A stretch of 62,693 bases of DNA, filler included, from Basidioascus undulatus (lineage: Eukaryota), in NCBI GenBank assembly GCA_000826855.1. It is 5 parts of 5 records of this genome, joined end to end, with 100 filler letters (N's around TTAATTAATTAA, not from the genome) between each part and the next. Parts side by side here need not be neighbours in the genome. Positions count along the whole stretch, not along the records: positions 37,461 to 45,814 come from JTLS01001404.1; positions 45,915 to 54,262 come from JTLS01001405.1; positions 54,363 to 62,693 come from JTLS01001406.1; 2 more parts are not named here. The stretch is one strand, 5' to 3'. The stretch's first letter is position 1. Every line of letters begins with the position of its first letter. The translations under genes were made by a program, and so were the position numbers. Shown in pieces: positions 42,292-54,599 of the stretch. The notes under the pieces are model-generated. The model was not told where the DNA came from and ran no database searches. It saw only the letters and a list, made by a program, of their open reading frames with translations.

Positions 42292-42612
42292 CCGGAGCAC
42301 GCCCTGTTGCCACACGCGAAACGTGTTCAGCTCGAGCTTGCGGTTCACGACCAGCCGGCAGTCGGTGCTCTTGTCCTCGACGTCGAACAGGCCTGCGCCG
42401 TTGAATGTTGAGTGGAGTTCGTCTGCCCACGGGCAATGGGTGTGAAGGTGTCAGTGTCCGTGATGGGAAACGAGAGAAAGGTGAGACTGGGAGGCGACAA
42501 ACCGATCGCCAAGAAATAGACACGCATCCCCTCGCCCCGGCAGCAGAAGTCCTCGGGTAGCAGCCAGTGCTTCGTCGTTCGCAGCTGCGCGAGGTCGTGT
42601 TGGCCGTAGTCA
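42292..42612 (-). pseudogene. Decayed two-exon fragment of tRNA m3C methyltransferase (Trm140/METTL2 C-terminus)
   Basis: DYGQHDLAQLRTTKHWLLPEDFCCRGEGMRVYF | ELHSTF..DCRLVVNRKLELNTFRVWQQG, compared with the family pattern DYGRxDLAQLRF..RGDGTRVYFF..DRRLLVNRK..MYRVW. The N-terminal part is absent. Confidence 0.72.
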
Positions 42613-42629
42613 CGCAGGACCTAAGTCGC

Positions 42630-42819
42630 AGTGTTGTCCCATCTGAGACATATACTACTCATTCGTAGACCAATGTACTTATGTGGTCACTGATTTTTCT
42701 CTGTTTTCCCAGCCCGCATACCCACCTTTTGGTGCTGGCCCGGCCCCTTCTCCCTCCTGTACTCTACGCCTACTGTTGCTCACTAGCGGCGTTGCATGCA
42801 GAGCTCTGAATGCCTAACC
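42630..42819 (+). repeat. Chimeric duplicate of 41035-41131 fused to 39360-39492
   Basis: TACTCATTCGTAGACCAATGTACTTATGTG is shared with the cupin intron. TTTTGGTGCTGGCC..CCTGTACTCTAC..GCATGCAGAGCTCT..CCTAACC is shared with the region upstream of the cupin gene. Confidence 0.9.
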
Positions 42820-43014
42820 TTACTTTCCCAGCATAGGCAGTTTTAGCCTACGAGATGGGCATGAAGGCTGGTTTCTCACAGCCGCACAAGTCACGATGAC
42901 GATGACAGAATGAAATTTGAAAATTATATATACATTTTCAAATGATGAAAGGGAAATCGAACTGAGATAAAGGTTAGGAACAAGCAAAAGGAAAGTATGG
43001 ACTGGAAAAGTGCT

Positions 43015-45814
43015 CTACTGCAGCTCCGGCGGCAGCGCCTCATAGATCGGGCAAAGCGCGTCCCAGTTTTGGTTCGGTTGCACGCGATCACGGATCCCTG
43101 CTGGGTCCTCAGCAAAGACGACAGCGAGACCAGCGTCAAGGTGCCAATCGATGTGGCTGCCGGAAAGGGGGCACGGGTGAGCGAGAGTGAGCGTTAGGGG
43201 AGGAAGGTGAGCTAAGAGAGGTGGAGTGGGCAGACCAGTGAAAGATCCATGGACCGGGGTTGTCCTACAACAAGGCACCACCGCTGTCAGTGATTGGGCA
43301 GGGAAGGGAGAGAGGGATTCTTGAGCGCACCGTCACAAAACGCAACGTCGCTCCGTGACCGCCCACAGCCTCTACATCCCTCCTCGGCGGGTTGACAAAA
43401 TTCTCACCGCCCTGCAAACCACTGCGGATGACGGAGAAGACATGCCCGTGGAGATGGAAGGGGTGTCTGTGGAACTTGCCAATATTGAGGCTTCCGCAGC
43501 ATTTTTGCTGAAAGATACAGAATGAAAAGGCAGAGACGCACAGAACAGCATTGTTCCCACCGTGTATGTTGATGTCGACGATCTTTCCGCGCGGGAGGAC
43601 AATCGTGTGGTCGTTCCTGGCAAAGTCTTCAGTGACTGTGGCGTTACCAGCGAGGATCTGAAGGAGGGTCGGCGTATTCGGTGGTAGGAACCTGCAGGAG
43701 AAGTGTTCAGTCGTGAGTGCTGTAAGGGGGTGGGGGTTGAATAGGTATTGTGGGAAGAGAAGGGGACGGACTGAATGCCATTGATCATCCAAGCGACCGA
43801 GCCTGTGCCGTTAACGCCACTGCCACCCAGGGAAGACAGGAATGAGACGAGGTTGGCGAAAGGGCGAACGGGCGAACGGAAAATACGAGAGCACTCACCG
43901 TGAGTACTCGAGGTCTACTACGATGTCCGCGGGGTTGTTACCGCCAGGTGGGGCGGGATCAATGAGCGGAACGAGATTCCGGGTTTCGAGTTTGCCCGCT
44001 TTGCCCGTCTGCTCAGGCGTGGACACGGGCGCTAGGGAGACAGGGCCCAGGTCACTGTCTTCTTGTGTGGCAGCTGGAGGATCACCCTGGAAAGAGCAGA
44101 GCACGTCAGGGGCAGTAGGGAAGCTAAGAGCGATAAGAAGAGGTGGAGAGCGCACAGCGAGCTCTTTGAGATCTTGGGTAAAGAGCGTGGAAGGGTCCGG
44201 CGCGCCCTCGTAGTGCAAGATGGCGAATACATTGTCCAAATCCACTGTAATGATAAAGACTTCAGATGCTTGCTTGACCAACAGAGCTGTGCTACGCACA
44301 GTTGGGGTTATTGGCCCCGTGTCCCACCGTCATCGGTGCCTTGATTATGTAGTTGCCCACTGGCTGATTTGCATCGAGCTACAACCCTCTTGCCTAATCA
44401 GTTCCGCACACAGCATCCGGCATCTCTCTACACTCTCAAAACGACTCACCACAAAGGAATACCGCTGTGCCGCGAAGATGTCGAACTCGCTCACCACCAG
44501 CGGTTGGTGAAGAATCCCATCAGCCTCAATGATAGTCATGTCGTGGTTCTGGACGCTGAATGTGAAATAGGCAAGGCCGCTATTGTTAATGGTACGCATC
44601 CGATAGCGCTGGCCTTTCTTGACGTTGATCACAGCGAGTGGGGTGTCTTGAGGGCACTCGGGCTGGCCGGCTTTGCAACGGCCGAGGCCGTTGATGGTCC
44701 CAGAGTCGGGGTGGGGCTCTTGGCTGCCGCCGTTGTTGGGCTGGTAGAGTGTGGAGATGGCTTGAGCAAGTCCATGAGGAGTAAAGGACTGGAGAAAGGA
44801 AATTCGCACGTCAAAGAATTCTAAAAAAAGAACGAAAAGAAAGTCAGGACACTATTCAGCTGCAGGAGGTCCGGTTCAAGCGTACCTTCGAGCAGGGGGA
44901 TGGTGGGAATATGGTACCAGTCGCCCTGCATGCTGCGATGAGATTCACGAGAGTATAAGACGCGGAAGTGTAAGTCTCACCAGCTGAATGATAGTTCCAA
45001 GGTCATCAACATCATACATGTCCTTGAACGGGTCGTCCGGGTCTTTGCACGCACCACAGTGGTTAACACGCTCCTCTCATCACTCAGATAGGTTGGGAGG
45101 GCTGCATACCGTAGACGACAATCGCTCCACGACACCCATCGACATATTGAACAGAAAGATGAGAGTGGTACCAAAATGTCCCGCTTTGTTCATCGGTGTT
45201 GAAAAAGTATGGGTACTCGTTTCCGGATGCGATCTAGGCAGTCAACAATCAGCTCCCGTGCATATTCAAGAGGGTTGCATCGTGGAAAACAGAAAGGGGC
45301 ACTGACCGGACACTGCGTGACCTGATCCACTCCATCTTGGAAGGCGGTTGTGTTTTGGAATAAACCGTGCCAGTGCTGAGAGAGGCGGAACAAGCTTTAC
45401 TGGAGCATGTCACTTCCGAAAAAACCGCCCACTTACGACGGTGATGCTTCGGCGCATGTCAGGGTCCACGAGCTGGTTGTTGACCTGTCCTCGAACCAGT
45501 GTAAGCAACAGGCTTCAAGGTGTTCCACTACCCGACCGCTCGCACGTTGATCTTGAAAAAGTCGCCTTTGTTTGCACGAATAATAGTGCCAGGACTGTGC
45601 AACGTCCCAAATCGTTAGTTTTCTCTGATTGCGTCCTCTGTCCAAGCTGAACCCGCTAAAGCAACAGAGAATTACAATTGCCCATTGATGACCACTCCTG
45701 CACGCGGGAAACCGTCCGGCGCGACGACCGAGTTGTCGATTAAAAAGTTGTACTCGCGGATCTGGCCCGTGAGATCGTCGCCGAGGCCGATGCCGCGCTC
45801 TTCGCCCCCCTCCA
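43015..45814 (-). CDS. Laccase-like multicopper oxidase (AA1), 5' truncated by contig end
   Basis: All four copper motifs: [59 protein letters not shown]; also NPPRRDV; ends YEALPPELQ*. Confidence 0.93.
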
Positions 45815-45914
45815 NNNNNNNNNNNNNNNNNNNNNNNNNNNNNNNNNNNNNNNNNNNNTTAATTAATTAANNNNNNNNNNNNNNNNNNNNNNNNNNNNNN
45901 NNNNNNNNNNNNNN
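45815..45914. other. Artificial contig linker
   Basis: 44 N + TTAATTAATTAA + 44 N. Confidence 0.99.
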
Positions 45915-45915
45915 C

Positions 45916-46131
45916 AAGCGCCTTCTGGTCGATATCATCAGCTCGGCGACATGCCTAGACAAGGCCCTAGGCTTCGCCAACGATCTATTCAACGCACTAG
46001 AAGCCCGCGCTCACCGCGTCACTCTCGCGCCGCGCGACCAAAAGCTTCAATATACTTCAACCGACGAACGTGAAGATCAGACCAAAGAACGAAGCTACTA
46101 CCAATCCTACCGTATATGGTCTCCCATGAGC
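45916..46131 (+). other. Intronless coding fragment resembling a proteobacterial hypothetical protein
   Basis: Open frame KRLLVDIISSATCLDKALGFANDLFNALEARAHRVTLAP...DERE...YY...WSP with lower GC and CTA Leu codons, unlike host genes. The similarity is from recall only. Confidence 0.45.
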
Positions 46132-46134
46132 GCG

Positions 46135-46382
46135 GGGGGCGATTCGAGGCTAACGCGGTAGCGCTGAACGGTGGGGCGTCGGAGGGGCGCTGGAAGGCGA
46201 GTTACTACACGCAGCGAGCGCACCGGGCGGGCGCAGGCGCGGGCGGCGGCATACGTGATGTTCTGGCCGACTTCGGCATGGGGGAGGCCAAGCTCGTCAT
46301 GCCTCTCGCTGACCTCTGTCGCCCTCCCAAGACTTCGAACGAGAAGGACTTCTCGGAGGGAGGCTACGGTGGTTACTACTGA
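46135..46382 (+). CDS. 3' end of a hypothetical fungal protein
   Basis: GC-rich, host-like codons: RFEANAVALNGG...VLADFGMGEAKLVMPLADL...GGYGGYY*. Confidence 0.5.
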
Positions 46383-47333
46383 GTCTGCTGGATGGCTGGG
46401 AGTTTCCTAGACCAGCGCGACTGCTTTACCATGCTTCTAAAATGCTGCTTGGCCGCATCATTATTTCATAAGCATCACATCTTCTATCGAACTTTTGAAG
46501 TGTCTGCGTGTGACTGTATAATAGCCGTATACAAGACGCGGTCCATCGGTGGCCTGGCACCTGCAACGCCTGCTAGTTATTACCGTTTTCGGAGTCGAAA
46601 GGAGGGAGCAAGGATGAAAGGAAGAACAGGGGAGGGGAAGGAGGGGAAGAGAGTGGATGGGAAGGCAAAGGGGCTTTTGAGGACCTGCCATAGAGTACAT
46701 CCAGCCAAAGAAGACTGATGTCCGACCGTCTTGGGCCGTCGGGCGCATCATGTGCTGGTGGCCCAAGGGCGTAAATGCGTTGGTGACTTGTGTGTGAAGG
46801 ACGGGCAGTGGCTGTAAGACAATCGGTCTGCCCACGCATACTCGTCGGCTTTGGGGACTGTCTCTTGATTTGGACAAGGCGCTCCCATCTGCCACCCGAC
46901 ACGCTTTAAAAACACGCAGCAAATGAGGTTCGTAGCGGGTATTGATTTTGGCGATAGACAAACAAAACAAAAAAGTAAAAGGCAACAGTAACCAAGGGTA
47001 AAGGAATGTGCAATCAGCGTCAGTCACCTCCCATGCGAACGAAGGAACGAACGCGGGACGCCGAAAAGGGAACAAGACAAGCAATGCGCACGAGACTGAG
47101 CTCGGTGAAAAAGTAGATAGTGTCCTTTAAAAAGATGATGCGATTGATGCAAAAAGAGATGAGAGGAGAGCGTGCGCTCGAAGGGTACAGCATGATGATG
47201 ACGAGGGAACGCAAGGCGAGCGAGCGACTGCAAAGATTGTGCAATGGATGGGATGATGATGGTCGTTACGGAATGTGCCTGGGATAAGCGCGGCGGAAAA
47301 AGGTGGAGAGGAAAAGAAATGTCATGGCCGTGT

Positions 47334-50300
47334 CTAAATGGACTCGCAAAGCGTGCACGTGAAGTCCAGGCTGCCCTCGAAGACCAGCGGCAGGACGATC
47401 AGTGCCGCGAAGCCGCACACGATGAGGATGTACTGTTTGAGCCAGCAAGGAAGAGTCAGCTCCAGCTTGAAGGCAAAAAAATGACATCGGACGCACCAGC
47501 AGCGAGTAGCGCAGCACGATCGAGCGGCGCTGAGCGCGGATGCGGAGGGAGAAGATGGGCGGGCGGATTTGCTGCAGTAGACAGCCGGTGAGCGTCAATC
47601 TTGCGAAAGTTCGGCGACAGTAACACTCACCCTGGACGGGCGCAGCCAGAACAGCGCGGTCGAGTGCAGGCGGTCGATGTACGGGATGAGCAGCGGCACC
47701 GAGAGCAGGATCAAGAGGACTGTGGACGATGGCGACGGTCGCACAGTCAGCAAGGCACTTCACAGAAATAGGACGGTACCGGCACGTACTGTGGCAGAGG
47801 ATTAAGTCCGCGCTGAACATGCTGCACTCCACGATCTTGACGATGAACTCGCGGAGAGGTTGCGACATGGCGTGTGAGCCGAGGCCGGTGTTCCACCAGC
47901 GACCGGACCACCACGCGCGGTTGGACTCATCGTTCTTGAACTCGCGAGTGAGGAAGACCGAGATGAGGATCTTGAAGATCGCACGCTGGATGTAGATCGA
48001 CGCGATGACACCCATGACGGTGTTGGCGGCCGACCAGTGCTCAAGGTACCACTGCGAGTGCAAACAGCGTTTGTAAGCATCCAACCGGAACCGTTGACTA
48101 AGGCCAAGGGGGACGTACGAGGAACTCGAAGAACGCAATGAGACCGACGACGGCGATGCAGTGAGCCATGGCGGCAATGACGGCGGGGAACTTGGGGCAG
48201 CATCCGTTGAGCATCGGCCCGAGGAAGACCGACACGAGGAAGAGCGTGATGAGGACGGCGGCGTTGAGGACAATCGGGCCGACGGCGATGATGAGAATCC
48301 GGATGAGCGCGCTGCCCTGCTGGACGCCGTTGACCGGGAACGACTTGATGAACATGTACGCGACAGTCATGATGACGGCCATGCACAGCGGCCCTGTCAC
48401 GCCACGACCACCAGGTCAGCTGTTGGTGGTCAGACGCTACGAAAAATTTGCAAGACGCACAGATGATCTCCGAAAGCAGGACGGTCCTCCAGCCCGCGCG
48501 CGCGACGTCGCCCGAGAGCTTCTCCGACGGGTGGCCGAGGCGCTTTTTCTTGTAGCCAGTGATGCGCGTGCGCGAGAGGCGGCAGTAACCGATCCACGAG
48601 TTCGCGTGCGAGCGCGAGTTACCGCGCGACATCCAGCGGAGGAACTCGCGGTAGTCGATGATGAAGTCGCTGAACGAGAACTGATGCGGGTTGAACATGA
48701 ATGGCGCGATCCTGTCATGCGCGATCACCGTCAGTTTCCGTTCGCACGAGAGGCAGGGAAAAGATCCACGCACGTGAGAGCCATGACCGAGATCCAGAAG
48801 TAGATCAAGTGCGGGATCCAGACCGACATGGTCACGAACAGGAGCATGAGGAGCGTGCGCATGCCCATGTAGATACTCGGCCCGGCGAAGCGGGAGAAGA
48901 GGATGGCGAACGAGATGCGCGTCGTCGCAAAGCCACGGCCCGTCGCGATGTAGCGCGCGCCGCCGAACGTGAGCGAGGTGAGGATTGAGTGGCTGTAGAT
49001 CTGCGTCGAGAAGACCTCGAAGACGGGGGAGAGCGACAGGAAGTGCTTCCCGAGACGGATCAGCGCGCGCCAGGTACCCCGCTCCGTGAGCTCTGCAACC
49101 ATCCAAGCATCGTCAGCCGGCTCGCTCCCAGACCCAAGAACAGACACGAAACGGAACAAACAAGAAGCGGAAACGAACCTTGCAGGAAGAGCGGCAGGAA
49201 AGCGATGAAGAATACGAGGAAGATCGAGATGATGCAGCGCTTGATCCAGTCGAAGACGGGGGAGAGGTTGTAACACCCGGGCTGGCCGCCGTTGTACTCG
49301 CCGTTCGAGTTGTATCGGCAGATCGTAAGCTGCTTGTTGAGCGTGCCGAGGTAGACGACTGCAATCCCGACCCCACCCACAATCAGCAACGAACGTCTTG
49401 AGCGCCAGGAGGAGCGGAACAGGAACGAAATAAATCAACGCACGCGTAACGTGGAAGATCCGGACGGAGAAGATGACAAGGATGTTGTTGACGTGGAAAC
49501 CACCATGGCCGTAGTAGAAAGTTAAGAAGCGGTCCATTGGGAGCTGCGTGCCGAGGTAGTAGTACTCGCGCGAGAGCATCTGCTCGCCCATGCCCGTGCC
49601 GATCTTGGTCTGGAAGTTAAGAATCGTGCCGAACCCGAGATCACGACCCTTGCCGCACTGTTTTCCCCGCGCGCCTCCTCGTCAGTATCCAGTCTCAATC
49701 CCAAACAGCCGCACGAAAGACGAACCTGGTAGTACTCGGTGTGCTTGATCCGACCGCCGCGGCTGAACGCCGTCATGCCCGCAAAGATATCCTCGTTGAG
49801 GTGCAAGCCCTTCTGCGCCTTCGAGACGCCTCCGCGCGTGGTCATGAAGAGAGCGTTGAGAAAGTCGGGGTGGCCGTAGTGGAGCTTTCCGCCGATGTGC
49901 GAGAGCGCGCGCGCGGCGAGCGTACCGAACGTCTGCTCCTTGCCGGCAGCGACGTCGCCGAGAATGCCGATGTTCTCCGAGAAGATGTACTCGCGCGCAC
50001 CGACGATCGCGACCGGCGCCTTCTTGAACTCGGCGTGGCCCCACTGAGCGTCTGTAGTCGCCCCAATCCCGTCAGCGGTTCGTGCACGACCGATCGAAGG
50101 TGCGACGAGTAAAGGGAGGGAAACGCACAAGGGCTCTGCGCCGAGACGCTGAACTCCTCGAACTCGCCGAGCACGTTGCGGATCTTCAAGCACTCCTCCA
50201 GGTAGTTGTCCTGGTTGGCATCGATGAGCTGGAGGTACTCGCCACGGTAGAAGACGATCGCATGGTTCTGGTTGTCGCTCTTGCCGTCGCCGAGAATCGG

Positions 50301-53300
50301 GTTGCCGGGGAGCTCGATGCGGAACTTGGGGCGGCGCTTGCCGTTCGGCATCATCTCCGAGTGGCCGTCGATGAGCGCCGAGAACATGCGCGCCTCGCCG
50401 CCTTCCTTGCGCGGCGGCTCCTCGTCGATGTACGCGATCTGCAGGTCTGGGTACGCGCGCAGGAGGAACTCGGCATTCTCCTGCTCCTCCTTGTTGAACT
50501 TGGAGTAGCGCTGCATCGAGATGACGAACTGCGAGACCGGCCCACCAACAACGTTAGCCACTGGCGCATTCGCTTCCCTTCACAGCGACAACCCGCCCGC
50601 AACGCACCTTGAACTTGCGCCTAGCCATGCGCTCGAGCTCGCGCTCGAGCTTGTCCGTGTTGCCGCCAAAGAGCTGGACGACTTCGGGGTTCTCGACGCG
50701 GTATAGGAGCTTGATCGCCTTGGAGTAGTTCATAAAGCCGGAGACGGTGCGATAGAGCGTCTGTGCGCGGAGCGACGCCCAGATACGGGTGCGGAGCGTG
50801 TACTCAGGCGCGGCGCTCTTGAAACCGATGCAGTAGAACGGCAGGTCGTCCGTCTTCTTCGAGCCCTCCTTCTCGTCCGACCCGTTCGGCCCGCCGAAGG
50901 GGTACGACGCGCCGGGCCCAAACGCCGACGACTCCTCGGCGAGGATCTTGGTGTCCTTGACGAAGTTGTCCCACTCGACCGGGTGCAACTGCTTGAGATA
51001 CTCGAGGAGCGTGACGCGCGTGTTGGTGTCCTCCTCGCGGATGATCTCGCGTAGCGAGAGCAGGATCTTCTCCGAGTAGTGCGGGACGAGGACGGTGAAC
51101 GTCGGCATCGCGTCGACGGGGAGCGGCTCGGGGATAGCGGTCGTGAGCGACTGGGCGAAGAACGAGATGCGGCGCTCGGCCTCGGAACCGGGCGGGAAGA
51201 ACTCGGCATTGAGGCCCTTGTCATCTTGGCTGATGAAGAACGTCGGCGCGCGGAGCGTGCGCTTGCCCTCGTTGTCCGACGGGACCTGGTGGTAGAGGAG
51301 CTTCTGGACGTGGTCGATCGAGAGGAGGTGCTCGCGGTACCTGCACGTCAACCGTCAGCGTCTGTACGTCGCCATGGCCAGGATTATCCCACTCACATCG
51401 AGATGATGATCGCGTTCCAGACCTGGCTTACGAGTACCTTCGGCTTGTACTTGACCTCCATATCCGCGGTCGCGAGGATCTTGGCGTAGATGCGCTTCGG
51501 CAGGCGCTGGAAGATGTCCTTCCACGGCGTCCAGATCGAGAGGCCGAGCGAGAACGAGCGCGCGATGGAGAAGACCGTGCTCCAGATGACATACCAGAGG
51601 TACTGACGGGGGAAAAGGCAGACGCACATCGAGCAGGAATCAGCGTCGGGAATACGACTGGCGGGGGAGGATGGAGTGAACGCACCGTGTCGAGGAAGAA
51701 GAGCACGAGGTCCATGAAGTACATGACCGTGAGCGCGAACGCCGCCTGGTTCCTGCACAGACCTGAGCCGAGGAGCTTGTCCGAGCAGTTCTGGACCTTC
51801 ATGCCGACTGTTTAATCCACGGCACATCAGTATTCAACATCTCCGAAGGCCAGGAAGGTAGATGATGGGAGAGGTGAGACGACGCACCCATAACTGCGAT
51901 GGGGTCACGGAACGACAGAGTCAAGAAGAAGTAGCTCTCGGTGAACTTGCAGCCGAAGACAAGGACCCAGAGCAGGACGCTCGCGACGCGGCCGCCCTTG
52001 TCGATCGCGGGGTAGCTCGCAGTGAACGTCTGGCTGGCGGCGTACTTCCTGCTCTTGCCGGAGACGCGGTCGCCGAACATGCGGCCGGAGGGCATGATGG
52101 CGAAGAGGACGGTGGCGAGGACGGCGATCGCGAACTGGACGATGGCGATGATGAGCGCGACGTTGGACGTGCGGTCCCAGCCGCCGATGTAGATCGTCGG
52201 CCCCGCCGTGAGCGCGAGGATAATGAGCAGGAAGACGAGCCGGCGCGTGAGGTGAGACGTGTTGTTCCAGGTGGTCGGGATGTAGAAGAACTCGGCGAGC
52301 GTCGCGGCGATCATGATCAGCGTCGCGACCGCGCCGCCGAGCGCGGTCGCGGAGAACTGCATCGCGGTCGTAGGCGGATTCGTGTCGCTGCAGGTACCGA
52401 TATCAAGTCAGCATCGATCCATGTTGCGGAACGAGCAAGACGCGGAGCCGGCTTACCCGTACGGCTTGTAAATGTTGGGCGAGTTCCAGGCGGTGTAGAA
52501 GAAGTAGACGGCGATGTGCGAGATCCAGATGCGGTTGAAGTCGACGAGGAGGTGGAAGAACGAGCGCTTCTCGTAGAAACTGGATACCATGCGCGTCAGC
52601 ACCTCATCGCGACACCGCACAATAAGCTCGTCCACTCACGTCTTGAAGAACGCCCTGTTCCAGTCGATCTTGTCAAACTTCATGAAGCGCTGGCTGGGCG
52701 GGACGTCGACGAGGCGCGTCTTGTCCGTGAGCGTAATGCGCGCGATGCCCTCCGGGTACCAAAACAGCTGGTTGATGTCGTCGTAGCCGATAGTCTTGTC
52801 GCTACAATGCCCCGAAAAAATAACACATTAGTTCCTTTTGGCGTGGTCCGAAGAAGCAGAAAGAGGAGGCAGAGGTGGAAGAACAGAGGTGGTGTGGCGA
52901 GAGGATGTGGCGAGAGGGAACGAGGAGGGTGCGGAGAGGGCAGGAGGAAAGGGGAAAACACACTGGTCCTTCTCGCGCTTGACAAACTTGCCGTCGACGA
53001 CCTCGTACCCCTGGTCGCGGTAGTAGCGGTACAGGGGCTTGATGACGGCGCGGAGGTAGAGACCCTCGGGCACGGCCTCGACGCGGTTCTGGCACTCGGG
53101 GCTGCGGGGCGGGTCGAGGACGTCAGCCTCATTCAGTGGAGGACCGGAGAAAAGGGGGAAAGAACGACTCACGACCGGTAGTAGTCGTCCGCGCACTTGA
53201 AGATGAAGCACAAGCACTCGGGCATGAAGCGGATGTTGCCGGCCTCGCCCCAGCAGAGGAGGTAGAGCGCGATCTGCCGCAGGCGGTCGTACGGCGACAT

Positions 53301-54262
53301 GTTGTTCATCGCCTGCCGCCAGCGGTTCGTCGCCGCGTCGAGCGACTTCTCCGCCGGCGCCTTCTTCGCCGCGCCCTTGCCGAGCTTAGGCAGCCCCGCT
53401 TGGTTCTGCGACTTGCCGATCGCGTCGTCGAGGTCGAGCTGGCGGTAGCGGAGGGAGGTCAGAGGAAGTTGGAAAGCGGGAGAAGATGCGAAGGTGGGAA
53501 GATGGGAGGGGAAGGGTGGAATGGAAGGGTGGGGCGATGGCGGAAGAGATCCTCACCTGCGCCGCAAAGTACCACTTCCTGTAATTTGCGTGCTCGCCAC
53601 CAATGTAGTCCGCGTGAAGCGTGGTGAGCGCCTGCATAGGGCTCATCCGACTCGCGCGCGAGTCGAGGTTGATCATGAGGTGGTCGTAGAGGTTACGCAT
53701 GCTGTCGCGCTGGAAGCCGAACTTGTTGGCGAGGTCGATGAAGACGTCCTCGATCTCCTCCTTCGACATCGGAATCTGGTGCTCCGCCGTCCACGCCGGG
53801 TACGGCTCGCGCGGGCGGTGGTTCCCCCCGAGGGACGAGTCCATGTATGTCGGCGTTGAGGCGCCCGAGGGCGCGTACCCGCGCGGCGGGGGCGCTGAGT
53901 TCATCAACGACTCTGAGGACGCGCCGTAGCCCTCGGGTTTGCGGCCTGGTTGGGGAAAGTGCCAGGAAGCCAGTCAGGTCAGGTCCGGACTCGAGCAAGC
54001 GTGTTGGCCCGCCCCCCGCCGCGCGCCCCTGACACAGCTCCTCTCTCCACGACGGCGAACGAGGAACACACCATAGTAGTCCCACTCCTGTGCGCTGCCC
54101 TCGCTCGCGAGGGTGTCGCGGCGGCCGTAGTACGGGTCGGCGTGCGGCCCAGTGGGCGGGGCGTCGTCGTAGTACGCGCCGGCGGGGCCGGCGGGGTGGC
54201 CGGGGGGGTTGGCGAACGGATCTTGCGGGGACGCGAACCCGCCTGGGGGAGGAGGTCCTTGG
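47334..54262 (-). CDS. FKS1: 1,3-beta-glucan synthase catalytic subunit (GT48), 5' end truncated by contig end
   Basis: [103 protein letters not shown]; stop 47334-47336. Confidence 0.98.
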
Positions 54263-54362
54263 NNNNNNNNNNNNNNNNNNNNNNNNNNNNNNNNNNNNNN
54301 NNNNNNTTAATTAATTAANNNNNNNNNNNNNNNNNNNNNNNNNNNNNNNNNNNNNNNNNNNN
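54263..54362. other. Artificial contig linker
   Basis: 44 N + TTAATTAATTAA + 44 N. Confidence 0.99.
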
Positions 54363-54599
54363 CCCTCCCCTTAGCCTTGTCCTCTACTCCTTGCCCTTTC
54401 TTCATCCATCTTGCATCTTGACACCAACCCTGCTGGTAGTCCCTGCTGCGGTCTGTCTTACCCAGTCAAGTCCTGACACAGCAACCCTTGAGAAGCTGTC
54501 TGTGCTTGTACAAAACCACCAGCCTGCATCTCCTTGCCTCCCTCAAAGTTCAGCTCACCCTCTTCCATGTTAAATCACCCTTCAACCTCAAGTGCTTTG

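Noticed and set aside
51862..53181. 439-aa plus-strand ORF and similar long antisense ORFs
   Set aside because: Shadow ORFs caused by high third-position GC in FKS1 and other genes.
28905..54362. Four identical TTAATTAATTAA motifs flanked by N runs
   Set aside because: Artificial six-frame-stop linkers. The later contigs are size-sorted (8356, 8354, 8348, 8331 bp), so cross-linker gene neighbourhoods are meaningless.
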